The position numbers and the translations under genes are program-made. The notes beneath the pieces were generated by a model that was not told the DNA's origin, did no database searches, and saw only the letters and a program-made list of their open reading frames with translations. Below are positions 37,794 to 47,791 of a stretch of 64,000 nucleotides of DNA, piece by piece. This DNA comes from an uncultured Candidatus Saccharibacteria bacterium (GTDB lineage: Bacteria; Patescibacteriota; Minisyncoccia; Phycocordibacterales; PALSA-1337). The stretch lies in contig CAZYBH010000001.1 of NCBI GenBank assembly GCA_964645315.1, positions 32,405-96,404 on the forward strand, written 5' to 3'. Each line of letters starts with the position of its first letter. The first letter of the stretch is position 1.

Positions 37794-40769
37794 TTGCCTT
37801 ATATTCACATGCCCAATTTCAACCAACAATACCAATCTCTAAATAAAGTTCAAAAAGAAGCTGTTGATACTATTGAGGGTCCGGTTATTGTTATTGCTGG
37901 GCCTGGTACTGGCAAAACGACTATCCTTACTCTAAGAATAGCAAATATCTTACAGAAGACTGACACTGCACCAGAAAATATTTTGGCTCTGACCTTCACT
38001 GAATCTGGTGCATATGTTATGCGCAAAAAACTTGTTGACCTTATCGGCTCATCCGCCTACAAGGTCAATATCCATACATTCCACGGTTTTGCCGAAAAGA
38101 TTATAGAGAAATACCCAGATTATTTCCCGCGAATTATCGGTTCAAAAGTCATAACCGATGCCGAACAGATTAAAATCATCGAAAATCTAATTCAATCAAA
38201 AGAAATTGAGATTTTGAGACCATTTGGCGATCCAAATTATTATGTAAGGCCTATACTATCTGAGATCAATACGCTGAAACGCGAAAACATTTCACCAAAA
38301 CAATTTCTTCAAAATGTAAAAAAAGAAATAAATGGCGCCAAAATTACAAAAAAAGGAGATAAAGAAATTTCCAAAACTGAATTGGAAAAAATTCAAAAGA
38401 GAAATGATAAAAATCTAGAATTAGCAAATATTTTTGAGAAATATGAGGCTAAATTAGCTGAGCTCAAATACTACGATTTCAATGATATGCTTCTTGAATT
38501 GATAAGAGTTTTGGAGAAAGAAGAAAATTTCAAACTTATTTTGCAAGAAAGCTATCAATATATCTTGGCCGATGAGCATCAAGATGCCAACTCTGCTCAA
38601 AATAAAATATTGGAATTACTCTCCGATTTTCATGATTCACCAAATCTATTTATTGTCGGTGATGATAAGCAGGCTATATATCGTTTCCAAGGAGCATCTT
38701 TGGACAATTTTCTTTATTTCAAGGATAAATATAAGGATGCAAAAGTTATAGAATTGACTCACAACTATCGATCACAACAGGGTATTCTCGACGCTTCTCA
38801 TAGCCTCATTTCCAATAATCCGGCAATTCCTGGAAGGGAAAGGGCGAAGTTGATTTCACTTCAGATCGGCAGTAGGCCGATAAAAGTCTATGAATTTGCA
38901 AAACAGGAAGATGAGTTTCAGCACATTATTTTTGAAATAAAAGACTTCATAAATGATGGTTATAGGATTGAAGAATTGGCGATCTTGTATAGGACAAATA
39001 GTGAGGCTGATCAAATAGCAAAAGCTCTAAAAAAAGCGGGAATTTCTTATAGAATTGAATCTGACTACAATATTCTCGATGAAATTGATCCGTCAAAATT
39101 GATTATTATTTCAAGAGCGATAAACGATCTTTCAAACGATGAGAACCTAGGCAAAACATTGCTTTTGAATGAATTTGACTGTGATCCGGGTACAGTTTCT
39201 GCTTTGTTCAATATTTCAAAAAAAGATAAATTACCGCTCTTTTCACTAATCAATAATTCATCAAATAGCACTAAGACTAAAAATATAGACAAAAAGGATT
39301 TGGAACAAGTCAAAGCTGTATATGATAAATTGGCTAATTGGTCAAAAATTGCTCAATATGAAAGTTATCCAAATCTATTACAAAAAATAATAGAGGAAAC
39401 AAACATTTTATCCAATATTATAAAAGATGAAAACTCCTTACCACGTTTGTCTGCCTTGGAAGATTTCTTTTCTCAAGTGACAAAAATTTCCAAAGCCAAA
39501 AAGACTTTTTTGCTCAAGGATTTTATCGAATATGTAGATATTGTCGCTGATCATGGTCTTGTAACCAAAAGAGATTATACAGATCATATTGAAGGGGTCA
39601 GATTGATGACCGCTCATCGTTCCAAGGGTTTGGAATTTGATCATGTTTTTATTATAAATTGTTATGATGGAAATTGGGGAAATAGAAGCAAAAGAAATCT
39701 ATTCAACATTCCAATTATCGAAAAGGCCAGAGATTCTGGGAATATAGAAGATGAAAGGAGGCTGTTTTATGTCGCCCTTACAAGAGCTAGAGAGTCCGTT
39801 CATATTTCATTTTCTAGATTGCTAGGTGATAAAGAAGCGGTGATAAGTCAGTTTTTGACCGAGATCGATGAGGTCAATATGCATTATACTGAGCCGGTCT
39901 TGATCAAGTCCGATACAAGCGATTTGGATATATCTAAACCCAAAATAAAAAATGATTTATCAATTTTAAATCCAAGTTTTGTCAAATCAAAGTTCATTGG
40001 CCAACCACTTTCGGTTACTCATCTAAACAATTATCTTGAATGTCCTTGGCAATATTTCTTTGTAAACCTGATTAGGATCCCTCAAGTAGAGACCAAGCAT
40101 CAGGTCTACGGTACGGCAGTCCATACTGCTTTGAGAGCCTTTTTTGAGGCTTACAAGGATGATAGGGATATACCCAAAAGAGAATTGTTAGAAATATTTG
40201 AGTATCATATAAATAATTCTTCAATGGATAGTGATGATAAGGTCGAATCAATTAAAAAAGGTAAAAATGCTTTGTCAGGATATTATGATGAATATGCAGG
40301 TACTTGGAATAAAAATTTATTTACCGAATATGGTATTAAGATTCCAAATTTTGAAATTGATAAAAAAAATAGTATTACACTTACTGGCAACTTGGATAAG
40401 ATCGAATTGATAGACAAAAATCATGTAGCCGTTATTGATTACAAAACCGCAAAGCCAAAATCAAGAAATGAAATAGAGGGCAAAACAAAAGATGCTGATG
40501 GTAATTATAAGAGGCAATTGGTATTTTATAAATTGCTTCTTGATCTTGAAGATAAATACAAAATGAGTAGTGGTACGATTGATTTTATTGAACCCAATGA
40601 TCGTGGTTTGTATAAGAAGGAGCAGTTTATTATAGAGCAGGATGAGGTTAATACTCTAAAAGAAATTATTAAGAAAGTAGCAAATGAGATTATTAATCTA
40701 GATTTTAGTGATAAATATTGCGATAACAAAGATTGTAGATATTGTAATTTGGCGAAGGTTATAAAGTGA
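37794..40769 (+). CDS. UvrD/PcrA-type superfamily-1 helicase fused to C-terminal PD-(D/E)XK (RecB/Cas4-like) nuclease domain with Cys cluster
   Basis: Walker A AGPGTGKTTIL, UvrD motifs (YILADEHQDANSAQ, LFIVGDDKQAIYRFQGA, TAHRSKGLEFD). C-terminal ..GNLDKIELID..VIDYKTAKP (D..ExK-like) plus C..C..C (CDNKDCRYC) consistent with an Fe-S RecB-family nuclease. Confidence 0.75.
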   Translation: MPYIHMPNFNQQYQSLNKVQKEAVDTIEGPVIVIAGPGTGKTTILTLRIANILQKTDTAPENILALTFTESGAYVMRKKLVDLIGSSAYKVNIHTFHGFAEKIIEKYPDYFPRIIGSKVITDAEQIKIIENLIQSKEIEILRPFGDPNYYVRPILSEINTLKRENISPKQFLQNVKKEINGAKITKKGDKEISKTELEKIQKRNDKNLELANIFEKYEAKLAELKYYDFNDMLLELIRVLEKEENFKLILQESYQYILADEHQDANSAQNKILELLSDFHDSPNLFIVGDDKQAIYRFQGASLDNFLYFKDKYKDAKVIELTHNYRSQQGILDASHSLISNNPAIPGRERAKLISLQIGSRPIKVYEFAKQEDEFQHIIFEIKDFINDGYRIEELAILYRTNSEADQIAKALKKAGISYRIESDYNILDEIDPSKLIIISRAINDLSNDENLGKTLLLNEFDCDPGTVSALFNISKKDKLPLFSLINNSSNSTKTKNIDKKDLEQVKAVYDKLANWSKIAQYESYPNLLQKIIEETNILSNIIKDENSLPRLSALEDFFSQVTKISKAKKTFLLKDFIEYVDIVADHGLVTKRDYTDHIEGVRLMTAHRSKGLEFDHVFIINCYDGNWGNRSKRNLFNIPIIEKARDSGNIEDERRLFYVALTRARESVHISFSRLLGDKEAVISQFLTEIDEVNMHYTEPVLIKSDTSDLDISKPKIKNDLSILNPSFVKSKFIGQPLSVTHLNNYLECPWQYFFVNLIRIPQVETKHQVYGTAVHTALRAFFEAYKDDRDIPKRELLEIFEYHINNSSMDSDDKVESIKKGKNALSGYYDEYAGTWNKNLFTEYGIKIPNFEIDKKNSITLTGNLDKIELIDKNHVAVIDYKTAKPKSRNEIEGKTKDADGNYKRQLVFYKLLLDLEDKYKMSSGTIDFIEPNDRGLYKKEQFIIEQDEVNTLKEIIKKVANEIINLDFSDKYCDNKDCRYCNLAKVIK

Positions 40770-40836
40770 AAAATGCAAAGTGCAAAGTGCAAAGTTTAAT
40801 CACATCGTGTAAACTTTGCACTTTGCATTTTTCACT
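40764..40836. terminator. long perfect hairpin (gtgaaaaatgcaaagtgcaaagtgcaaagttta / taaactttgcactttgcatttttcac), bidirectional-terminator-like; same family as the hairpins at 31640 and 33800
   Basis: 26-nt arms between convergent genes (helicase stop 40769, dsbA-like stop 40855). A-run and T-run on both sides. Confidence 0.7.
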
Positions 40837-40854
40837 TTTAACTTTATTTTGCAC

Positions 40855-41670
40855 TTACTTCAACAAACTCTCAATAATACCTGTAATCATGGCACTTGGC
40901 ATCGCTCCAGACATGACAATAGTCTTTTTGTCATCGGCCACATAGAGCAGATCTTCTGGTATACGATATTGGACTAGGGCACTTTTGAGATAATTTATTG
41001 AGTTTTGATTGATGTTTCTGTCTAGGACAAAGAAACTTGTAGGTGTGCCTGTAACTCCGGCATTTATACCACTCAATGACTGTTTGCTTATGGATGTCTT
41101 GGCTTTTTCGCTATCCATACATTCTGCAAAATCTACAGTATTTAGACCCAAATCCTTTGCCAAAATCGGTAATTGTTTTTGATCAAGACCGTTTGGGCTT
41201 TGGCCGGTTACTGACGGAGTAAGTTCGTAGAGCTTCTTTTGGTAGTCCCAAAAGGCTTTTTTGCCACCGACTGTGCCGGCGCATTCTATCGCTATAGATT
41301 CATTTCGAGCATTTGGATGCAAGATATTGCCATTTGAGTCTGGTGTATCGAGAGGGAATGATCTATAGACCCAAGCGATCTTGCCGGTTGATCCGTACTT
41401 TGCCATAATCTCATGCATTGTGCTATTGAATACTTTGCAGAATGGACATGAAGGATCAGAATACTCTACGATTTTGATCGATGCATCTGGATTGCCTAGG
41501 ATATTGTCTTCTTTTGTAACGGGAGCAAGATTGACTGAGACTGAGCTCTTGTCTTCTTTTGAAGAAATTTGTTCGACTGGCTTTTTGACATATATGATAG
41601 CAGCGGCAATTATTGCCGCTGAAATTATTATTGCACTAGGAATATTTATAGAGCTTGATTTTGTTTCCAT
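40855..41670 (-). CDS. DsbA-like thiol:disulfide oxidoreductase, membrane-anchored
   Basis: N-terminal TM. Thioredoxin-fold CPFC active site (DPSCPFCKVF). Confidence 0.75.
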   Translation of the reverse strand: METKSSSINIPSAIIISAAIIAAAIIYVKKPVEQISSKEDKSSVSVNLAPVTKEDNILGNPDASIKIVEYSDPSCPFCKVFNSTMHEIMAKYGSTGKIAWVYRSFPLDTPDSNGNILHPNARNESIAIECAGTVGGKKAFWDYQKKLYELTPSVTGQSPNGLDQKQLPILAKDLGLNTVDFAECMDSEKAKTSISKQSLSGINAGVTGTPTSFFVLDRNINQNSINYLKSALVQYRIPEDLLYVADDKKTIVMSGAMPSAMITGIIESLLK

Positions 41671-41687
41671 GATTTTTTATTAGATTA

Positions 41688-42263
41688 TTAGAATGGTAAT
41701 GTAAATGTCATTGCATTTGACTCGGATATTTCCCATGAATTTGTATCGAGCTTTAATTCCTTTGTACCGCCAAGATCTTTGTATTTCAAATGTTTATTTT
41801 TCATTGCAAAATCGTACAAATCTCTAGTGAGCCTTACATCTTCTATACAGTATGATACTAGTTTATCAAGTTCTCCGTTTTGCCACCAATGTATAGCATC
41901 AAGACCATGTCCGGTTTTATTTTTGCCTAGAGTAGCTTCACCGACTGTATCAAGTTTCAATCTTCGACCTAAGACTTTTTGCATTTCCTTCATAAGGTCT
42001 AGACTTTTGATCTTGGACAGATCCCCAGGATAGTATTTGTTGAGTAGTGGTATATCGAAATGGTCTCCATTCCAAGTTATAAGCATATCAGCTTGTTCGA
42101 ATATAGGCCAAAGTTTATTGAAATCATTTTCAAAATAACTTGAAAATTGGCCAGTCTCTGAATCGTGAATACAGACTACAGAAATATCCAAATCAACTGG
42201 ATCATTTGAGCCTACATCCTGAAAGATGTTCTTTGTTTCAAGATCAAAAGTAATTTGTCGCAT
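41688..42263 (-). CDS. DEDD-family 3'-5' exonuclease (DnaQ/RNase-T-like fold)
   Basis: Exo I ITFDLETKN, Exo II WNGDHFDIPLL, Exo III H..YCIEDVRLTRDLY. Confidence 0.65.
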   Translation of the reverse strand: MRQITFDLETKNIFQDVGSNDPVDLDISVVCIHDSETGQFSSYFENDFNKLWPIFEQADMLITWNGDHFDIPLLNKYYPGDLSKIKSLDLMKEMQKVLGRRLKLDTVGEATLGKNKTGHGLDAIHWWQNGELDKLVSYCIEDVRLTRDLYDFAMKNKHLKYKDLGGTKELKLDTNSWEISESNAMTFTLPF

Positions 42264-42267
42264 TTGT

Positions 42268-43557
42268 TTAATTGATGATAAATTTGTGTTCTTCTCCGTT
42301 ATTTAGGTCTTTGATTTTGAGGTTGCCGGTACGGACTTCTTCTTCGCCAATACAGATGACCTTCGGAATGCCTCGTTTATTTGCATTTGAAATTTGATCG
42401 CCAACTTTTTTGTTTGATATATCTACAAATATTTTCATACCTTTTTGGCGCATCTTTTGAGCTAGATCGAGAGCATAGGGAGTGTTTTCTTTGCCCAAAA
42501 TACATATAGCAATATCAGCCACAAGCGCTTTTTTTGGTAAGGTATTGTAGGTTTCCATTATGTCTTTTGCGATGAGGTCTCCAGCTCCAAAACCGACTGC
42601 GGGTACTTTGTCATTTCCAAATAGTGATATGAGATCGTCATACCTGCCACCGCCGAATACTGAGCGACGATTGGCTGGATTGAGATCGAAAATCTCAAAC
42701 ACGGTGCCTGTATAATAGTCGAATCCTCTCATAAGGGTTTGGTCGAAACGGACATTGTTGATGCCGAGATTTCCAAGTCCAGAAATGACCTTTTTGATCT
42801 CATTTAATCCTTGATGTTCTTCTTTTGTTTGAGGTAAGTTTGATGTAAACTCTTCGAAATTTTTTGAATTGAGTAGAGTAATGAATCTCGCTGACTTATC
42901 ATTGTCATCAAGTAATTCTTGGACTCCAAGAGCAAAAGCTTCTGGTTTGATCTTGTCTTTTTTGTCTATGAGCTTGGATAATTTGTATGATTTGTCATCA
43001 TCCAGTGAAAATACTTCCTTGGTGACATAGTTCATCACCTTTCGATTGTTTATTCTTATCTCGAAATCTGTATCACGAAGACCATAAGACTTCACAATAT
43101 CGTATGCAAGGTTGATTATTTCGATCTCAGCGCTGATATCTTCGACGCCGAAAATATCTGCATTGAGTTGCCAATGCTCGCGAGTGCGACCGCGCTGGGG
43201 TTGCTCGTAGCGAAATAGATTTGGGATGGAATACCATCTGACGGGGAAGGCAAGCTCGCGCTTTTTGTGAGCGATCATCCTACCTACGGTCGGAGTCATC
43301 TCTGGTCTGAGTGTCACTTCACGATCGCCACGATCTGTAAAAGTATAGGTCTGTTCGTTTACGATCTCTTCACCAGACTTGGCACGATAGAGCTCGGCGG
43401 GTTCGAGGACTGAGGCGCCGTATTCTTCATAGCCGTATTTCTCGCAATTTGTACGCCAAATGTCGAAGATGGATTTTTCGATAGCCATGTCCTCGGGGTA
43501 GAAGTCTCTTACACCTTTGTATGGCTCTGTACTAAGCTTTTTGTTGAATAATGACAT
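42268..43557 (-). CDS. hisS: histidyl-tRNA synthetase
   Basis: Class II motifs. FRYEQPQRGRTREHWQLNADIFG (motif 2). His-specific HisA/HisB regions. C-terminal HGTP anticodon-binding domain. Confidence 0.9.
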   Translation of the reverse strand: MSLFNKKLSTEPYKGVRDFYPEDMAIEKSIFDIWRTNCEKYGYEEYGASVLEPAELYRAKSGEEIVNEQTYTFTDRGDREVTLRPEMTPTVGRMIAHKKRELAFPVRWYSIPNLFRYEQPQRGRTREHWQLNADIFGVEDISAEIEIINLAYDIVKSYGLRDTDFEIRINNRKVMNYVTKEVFSLDDDKSYKLSKLIDKKDKIKPEAFALGVQELLDDNDKSARFITLLNSKNFEEFTSNLPQTKEEHQGLNEIKKVISGLGNLGINNVRFDQTLMRGFDYYTGTVFEIFDLNPANRRSVFGGGRYDDLISLFGNDKVPAVGFGAGDLIAKDIMETYNTLPKKALVADIAICILGKENTPYALDLAQKMRQKGMKIFVDISNKKVGDQISNANKRGIPKVICIGEEEVRTGNLKIKDLNNGEEHKFIIN

Positions 43558-43878
43558 ACGACCATTGTATCAGAATTATTTTTTTAGTGAAATACAAAAA
43601 AGGCCGCGATGCACAACTCACACGTAGTGGTCATACATCCGGCCCGGTGAGTTGCGAGACATTACCAGCATCGATACCTCGAGGTTCGCTATGATGGCTA
43701 GTCATGGGATGGGTGTCTAATCCACCTTTTCGCAACTGATTTGAGTGTAGCATAACATCATTATTGATGCAAGGCATCATCTACCCACTCTACACCTTGT
43801 AGCCACGATTTTGGCAAGCAGAATATGGCTCAACAGAGCAACATTTGTGAGGTTTAACCTCGCAAAATGCAAAAACAC

Positions 43879-43906
43879 TTGACAAAGTTGATGGATATGC
43901 TATACT
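43879..43906 (+). promoter_or_regulatory. sigma-70-type promoter TTGACA-N16-TATACT (module copy A), preceded by palindrome tgtgaggtttaacctcgcaa
   Basis: -35 at 43879-43884, -10 at 43901-43906. ~80-bp module shared with 53881-53960. Confidence 0.6.
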
Positions 43907-43913
43907 ATTTACA

Positions 43914-44247
43914 GTAAGAACATTGAATACGACTGAATCGCACGCACCATAATGGGTTTGAAATTTGAACCTAATATGGTGCGCGCGACGACAGCTGAAT
44001 CTGAGGGTCAGGGGGAGGTACGCCCCAACCAAGCCTAATAGGCTAAACTCATGGTTCAGTGTACCTGGAGGAAACTTCGGGGATCAGTCGCTAGCGGCCA
44101 GCCCTTAAATAGGGCGCTTCATCTCCGATGTCACAGGAGAACGAGCATTGTGCTCGTAAGCAGAAAAACGTCCGAAAGGACGAAACATAGATGCTAGTGA
44201 CGGCATCAGGGCGCGGAGGATGAATCTTCCGCGCCCCTTTCTTTTTG
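43914..44247 (+). ncRNA. candidate structured RNA A (~330 nt, GC-rich, unidentified; ends in intrinsic terminator)
   Basis: GC-rich block in an AT-rich genome. No ORF with an RBS. Starts just after the consensus promoter. Ends with hairpin gggcgcggagga/tcttccgcgccc plus a T-run (44208-44247). Identity (RNase P/SRP/tmRNA/other) could not be established by eye. Confidence 0.45.
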
Positions 44248-44278
44248 TAAATAAATTTCAATTATTTCTCTGTAGAAA

Positions 44279-44315
44279 CTGTGTACAAAAACCCCGAGGT
44301 CTCGCCTCGGGAGAG
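44279..44315. repeat. third, diverged copy of the 52-bp repeat family (ctgtgtacaaaaaccccgaggtctcgcctcgggaga)
   Basis: Similar to 53829-53880 and 54388-54439. Contains hairpin cccgagg-tctcg-cctcggg. Confidence 0.7.
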
Positions 44316-44336
44316 TGGCTATGTTAGGATAACATT

Positions 44337-45314
44337 ATGAAACGGATAATAATAAAAGAGGGTCCAGTAGTTTTCCTTCGAAATGTTATTGTTATGGAAT
44401 TATTGGCTACGCTACTTTTTATTGGCGCATCTTATTTGGCAAATTACGAGCAATTGTTCCTAGGTTTCCATTTCAATAAATACGTGACCTATGGAAATTT
44501 CATGGTGACCTTATTTTCCGCTTTTCAGATTATTTATATCCTGGCTCTATTTTTTGATTGGTATTTGAAATATTTTGAAATTAGAGAAAAAGAAATAGTA
44601 AAACACACCGGCCTTATTTTCAAAAGTAAGAGATCTGTTTCCTTGCTCCATATTGTAGCAGTAGAGACAAGTCAAAGTCCCATAGATAGGATATTGAAGC
44701 ATGCTACTTTGACCTTGGAACATGATAATGGTCGCATAACTAAGATTCGCAATGTAGCTGGTTATGAAGAATATGTAGAAATGATAAAGCAGACTATAGA
44801 CAATTCTCTCAAAAAACCTATACATTCAAGAAGTTTACAGATGTTTCTCAAAGAAGGTGAAGGATTATTTTTGGAATTTAAGCAGACATTGCGTTATGAC
44901 ATCAGGAAAAAGACAATTAGCAAGGATGTAGAGAGGGCGGTGATCAAGACTATTGCCGGATTTATGAATGCTGATGGAGGTACGCTTATCATTGGTGTCG
45001 ATGATGATGGCAAGGTCGTCGGTCTCAAAAATGACTTTGCTACTCTAGCCAAAGCCAATCGAGACGGTTTCGAAAATCATCTTATCAATCTTGTAAAGAC
45101 AATGCTTGGAGTAAAGTTTGCAAACTATATCCATATTAGATTTGAATATTTCAATGGCAACGAAGCCTGTATTGTTGCAGTAGATCCGAGTCATAAACCT
45201 GCCTATATTCCAAATTCCGATGGCAAAGAAGAATTCTTTGTCCGCATGGGTAATTCTACCCAACCATTCTCAATGAGTGAGGCGGAAGAGTATATAAAGA
45301 CGAGGTGGAAATAG
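44337..45314 (+). CDS. membrane protein with N-terminal bPH (YdbS/YdbT-like) domain and C-terminal AlbA_2/Schlafen-like (divergent AAA, putative DNA-binding) domain
   Basis: Two TM helices. DWYLKYFEIREKEIVKHTGLIFKSKRSVSLLHIV (bacterial PH). EFKQTLRYD..VIKTIAGFMNADGGTLIIGVDDDGKVVGL (AlbA_2 signature). Confidence 0.6.
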   Translation: MKRIIIKEGPVVFLRNVIVMELLATLLFIGASYLANYEQLFLGFHFNKYVTYGNFMVTLFSAFQIIYILALFFDWYLKYFEIREKEIVKHTGLIFKSKRSVSLLHIVAVETSQSPIDRILKHATLTLEHDNGRITKIRNVAGYEEYVEMIKQTIDNSLKKPIHSRSLQMFLKEGEGLFLEFKQTLRYDIRKKTISKDVERAVIKTIAGFMNADGGTLIIGVDDDGKVVGLKNDFATLAKANRDGFENHLINLVKTMLGVKFANYIHIRFEYFNGNEACIVAVDPSHKPAYIPNSDGKEEFFVRMGNSTQPFSMSEAEEYIKTRWK

Positions 45315-45403
45315 GTTGCAATCTTAAAAATTAAATCTTAAATCTAAAATCTTGGCATGCATCTCAAATCTGTAGCTTGTTAGACTCAACTTTGAACTTC
45401 TCA

Positions 45404-47224
<1,821 letters not shown>

Positions 47225-47289
47225 TTGATATAAAAAGGAGCCTTTGGCTCGGTCCTTAAGTAAAGCATAAAAATAGGCGTGAAGTCAAG

Positions 47290-47750
47290 AAGAGGATATC
47301 GAAGGATGTCGGAGGATGTTGCACATCCTTTGTGAGGTTAAACCTCACAAAATAAACCGAGCTCCCAGAGGGAGCTCGTGTATGGACGAATCAGAGATCG
47401 TTCTGTCCGTCTATCCGCGGGAGGCGTGGTGGATGTTGGACGTTCCCGATGTTGAAGACGGCCGACAATCGAGACCAAACCTGTCATTGGGCCGTCTGGC
47501 CCGATTGGGTTTGGAATGGTTGGTCGGAGCCTTTTTGGGTCGTTCCATTCCAGGATCCCATCCGCGATGTTGTCGATCACTCATGGTGTTTTCCAATAAA
47601 TTCCAACCCCTCACTGGAGCTGGTTCGAGTAAATATACTACATCATTTATAAAAAAATGCCAATGGGGATTATTACCTCAGGGGATGTACCCCTCTATTT
47701 CATCGGGGCAAGACACATCCTTTGGCGAAAAAGTTTTATCTTTTCTTTAT
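47290..47750. other. GC-rich ~0.45-kb islet of uncertain nature (possible structured RNA or foreign DNA remnant)
   Basis: Marked GC excess. Contains palindrome tgtgaggttaaacctcaca, hairpin gagctccc-aga-gggagctc, and motifs shared with 20151 (ggaggttgcacatcc) and 62885 (gatgtaccc.tctatttcat.gggg). ORF-track ORFs here on both strands overlap each other and lack RBSs. Confidence 0.5.
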
Positions 47751-47791
47751 GGAAAATTCATAAGAATTTCATTTGGTTTTGATAGAGTACA

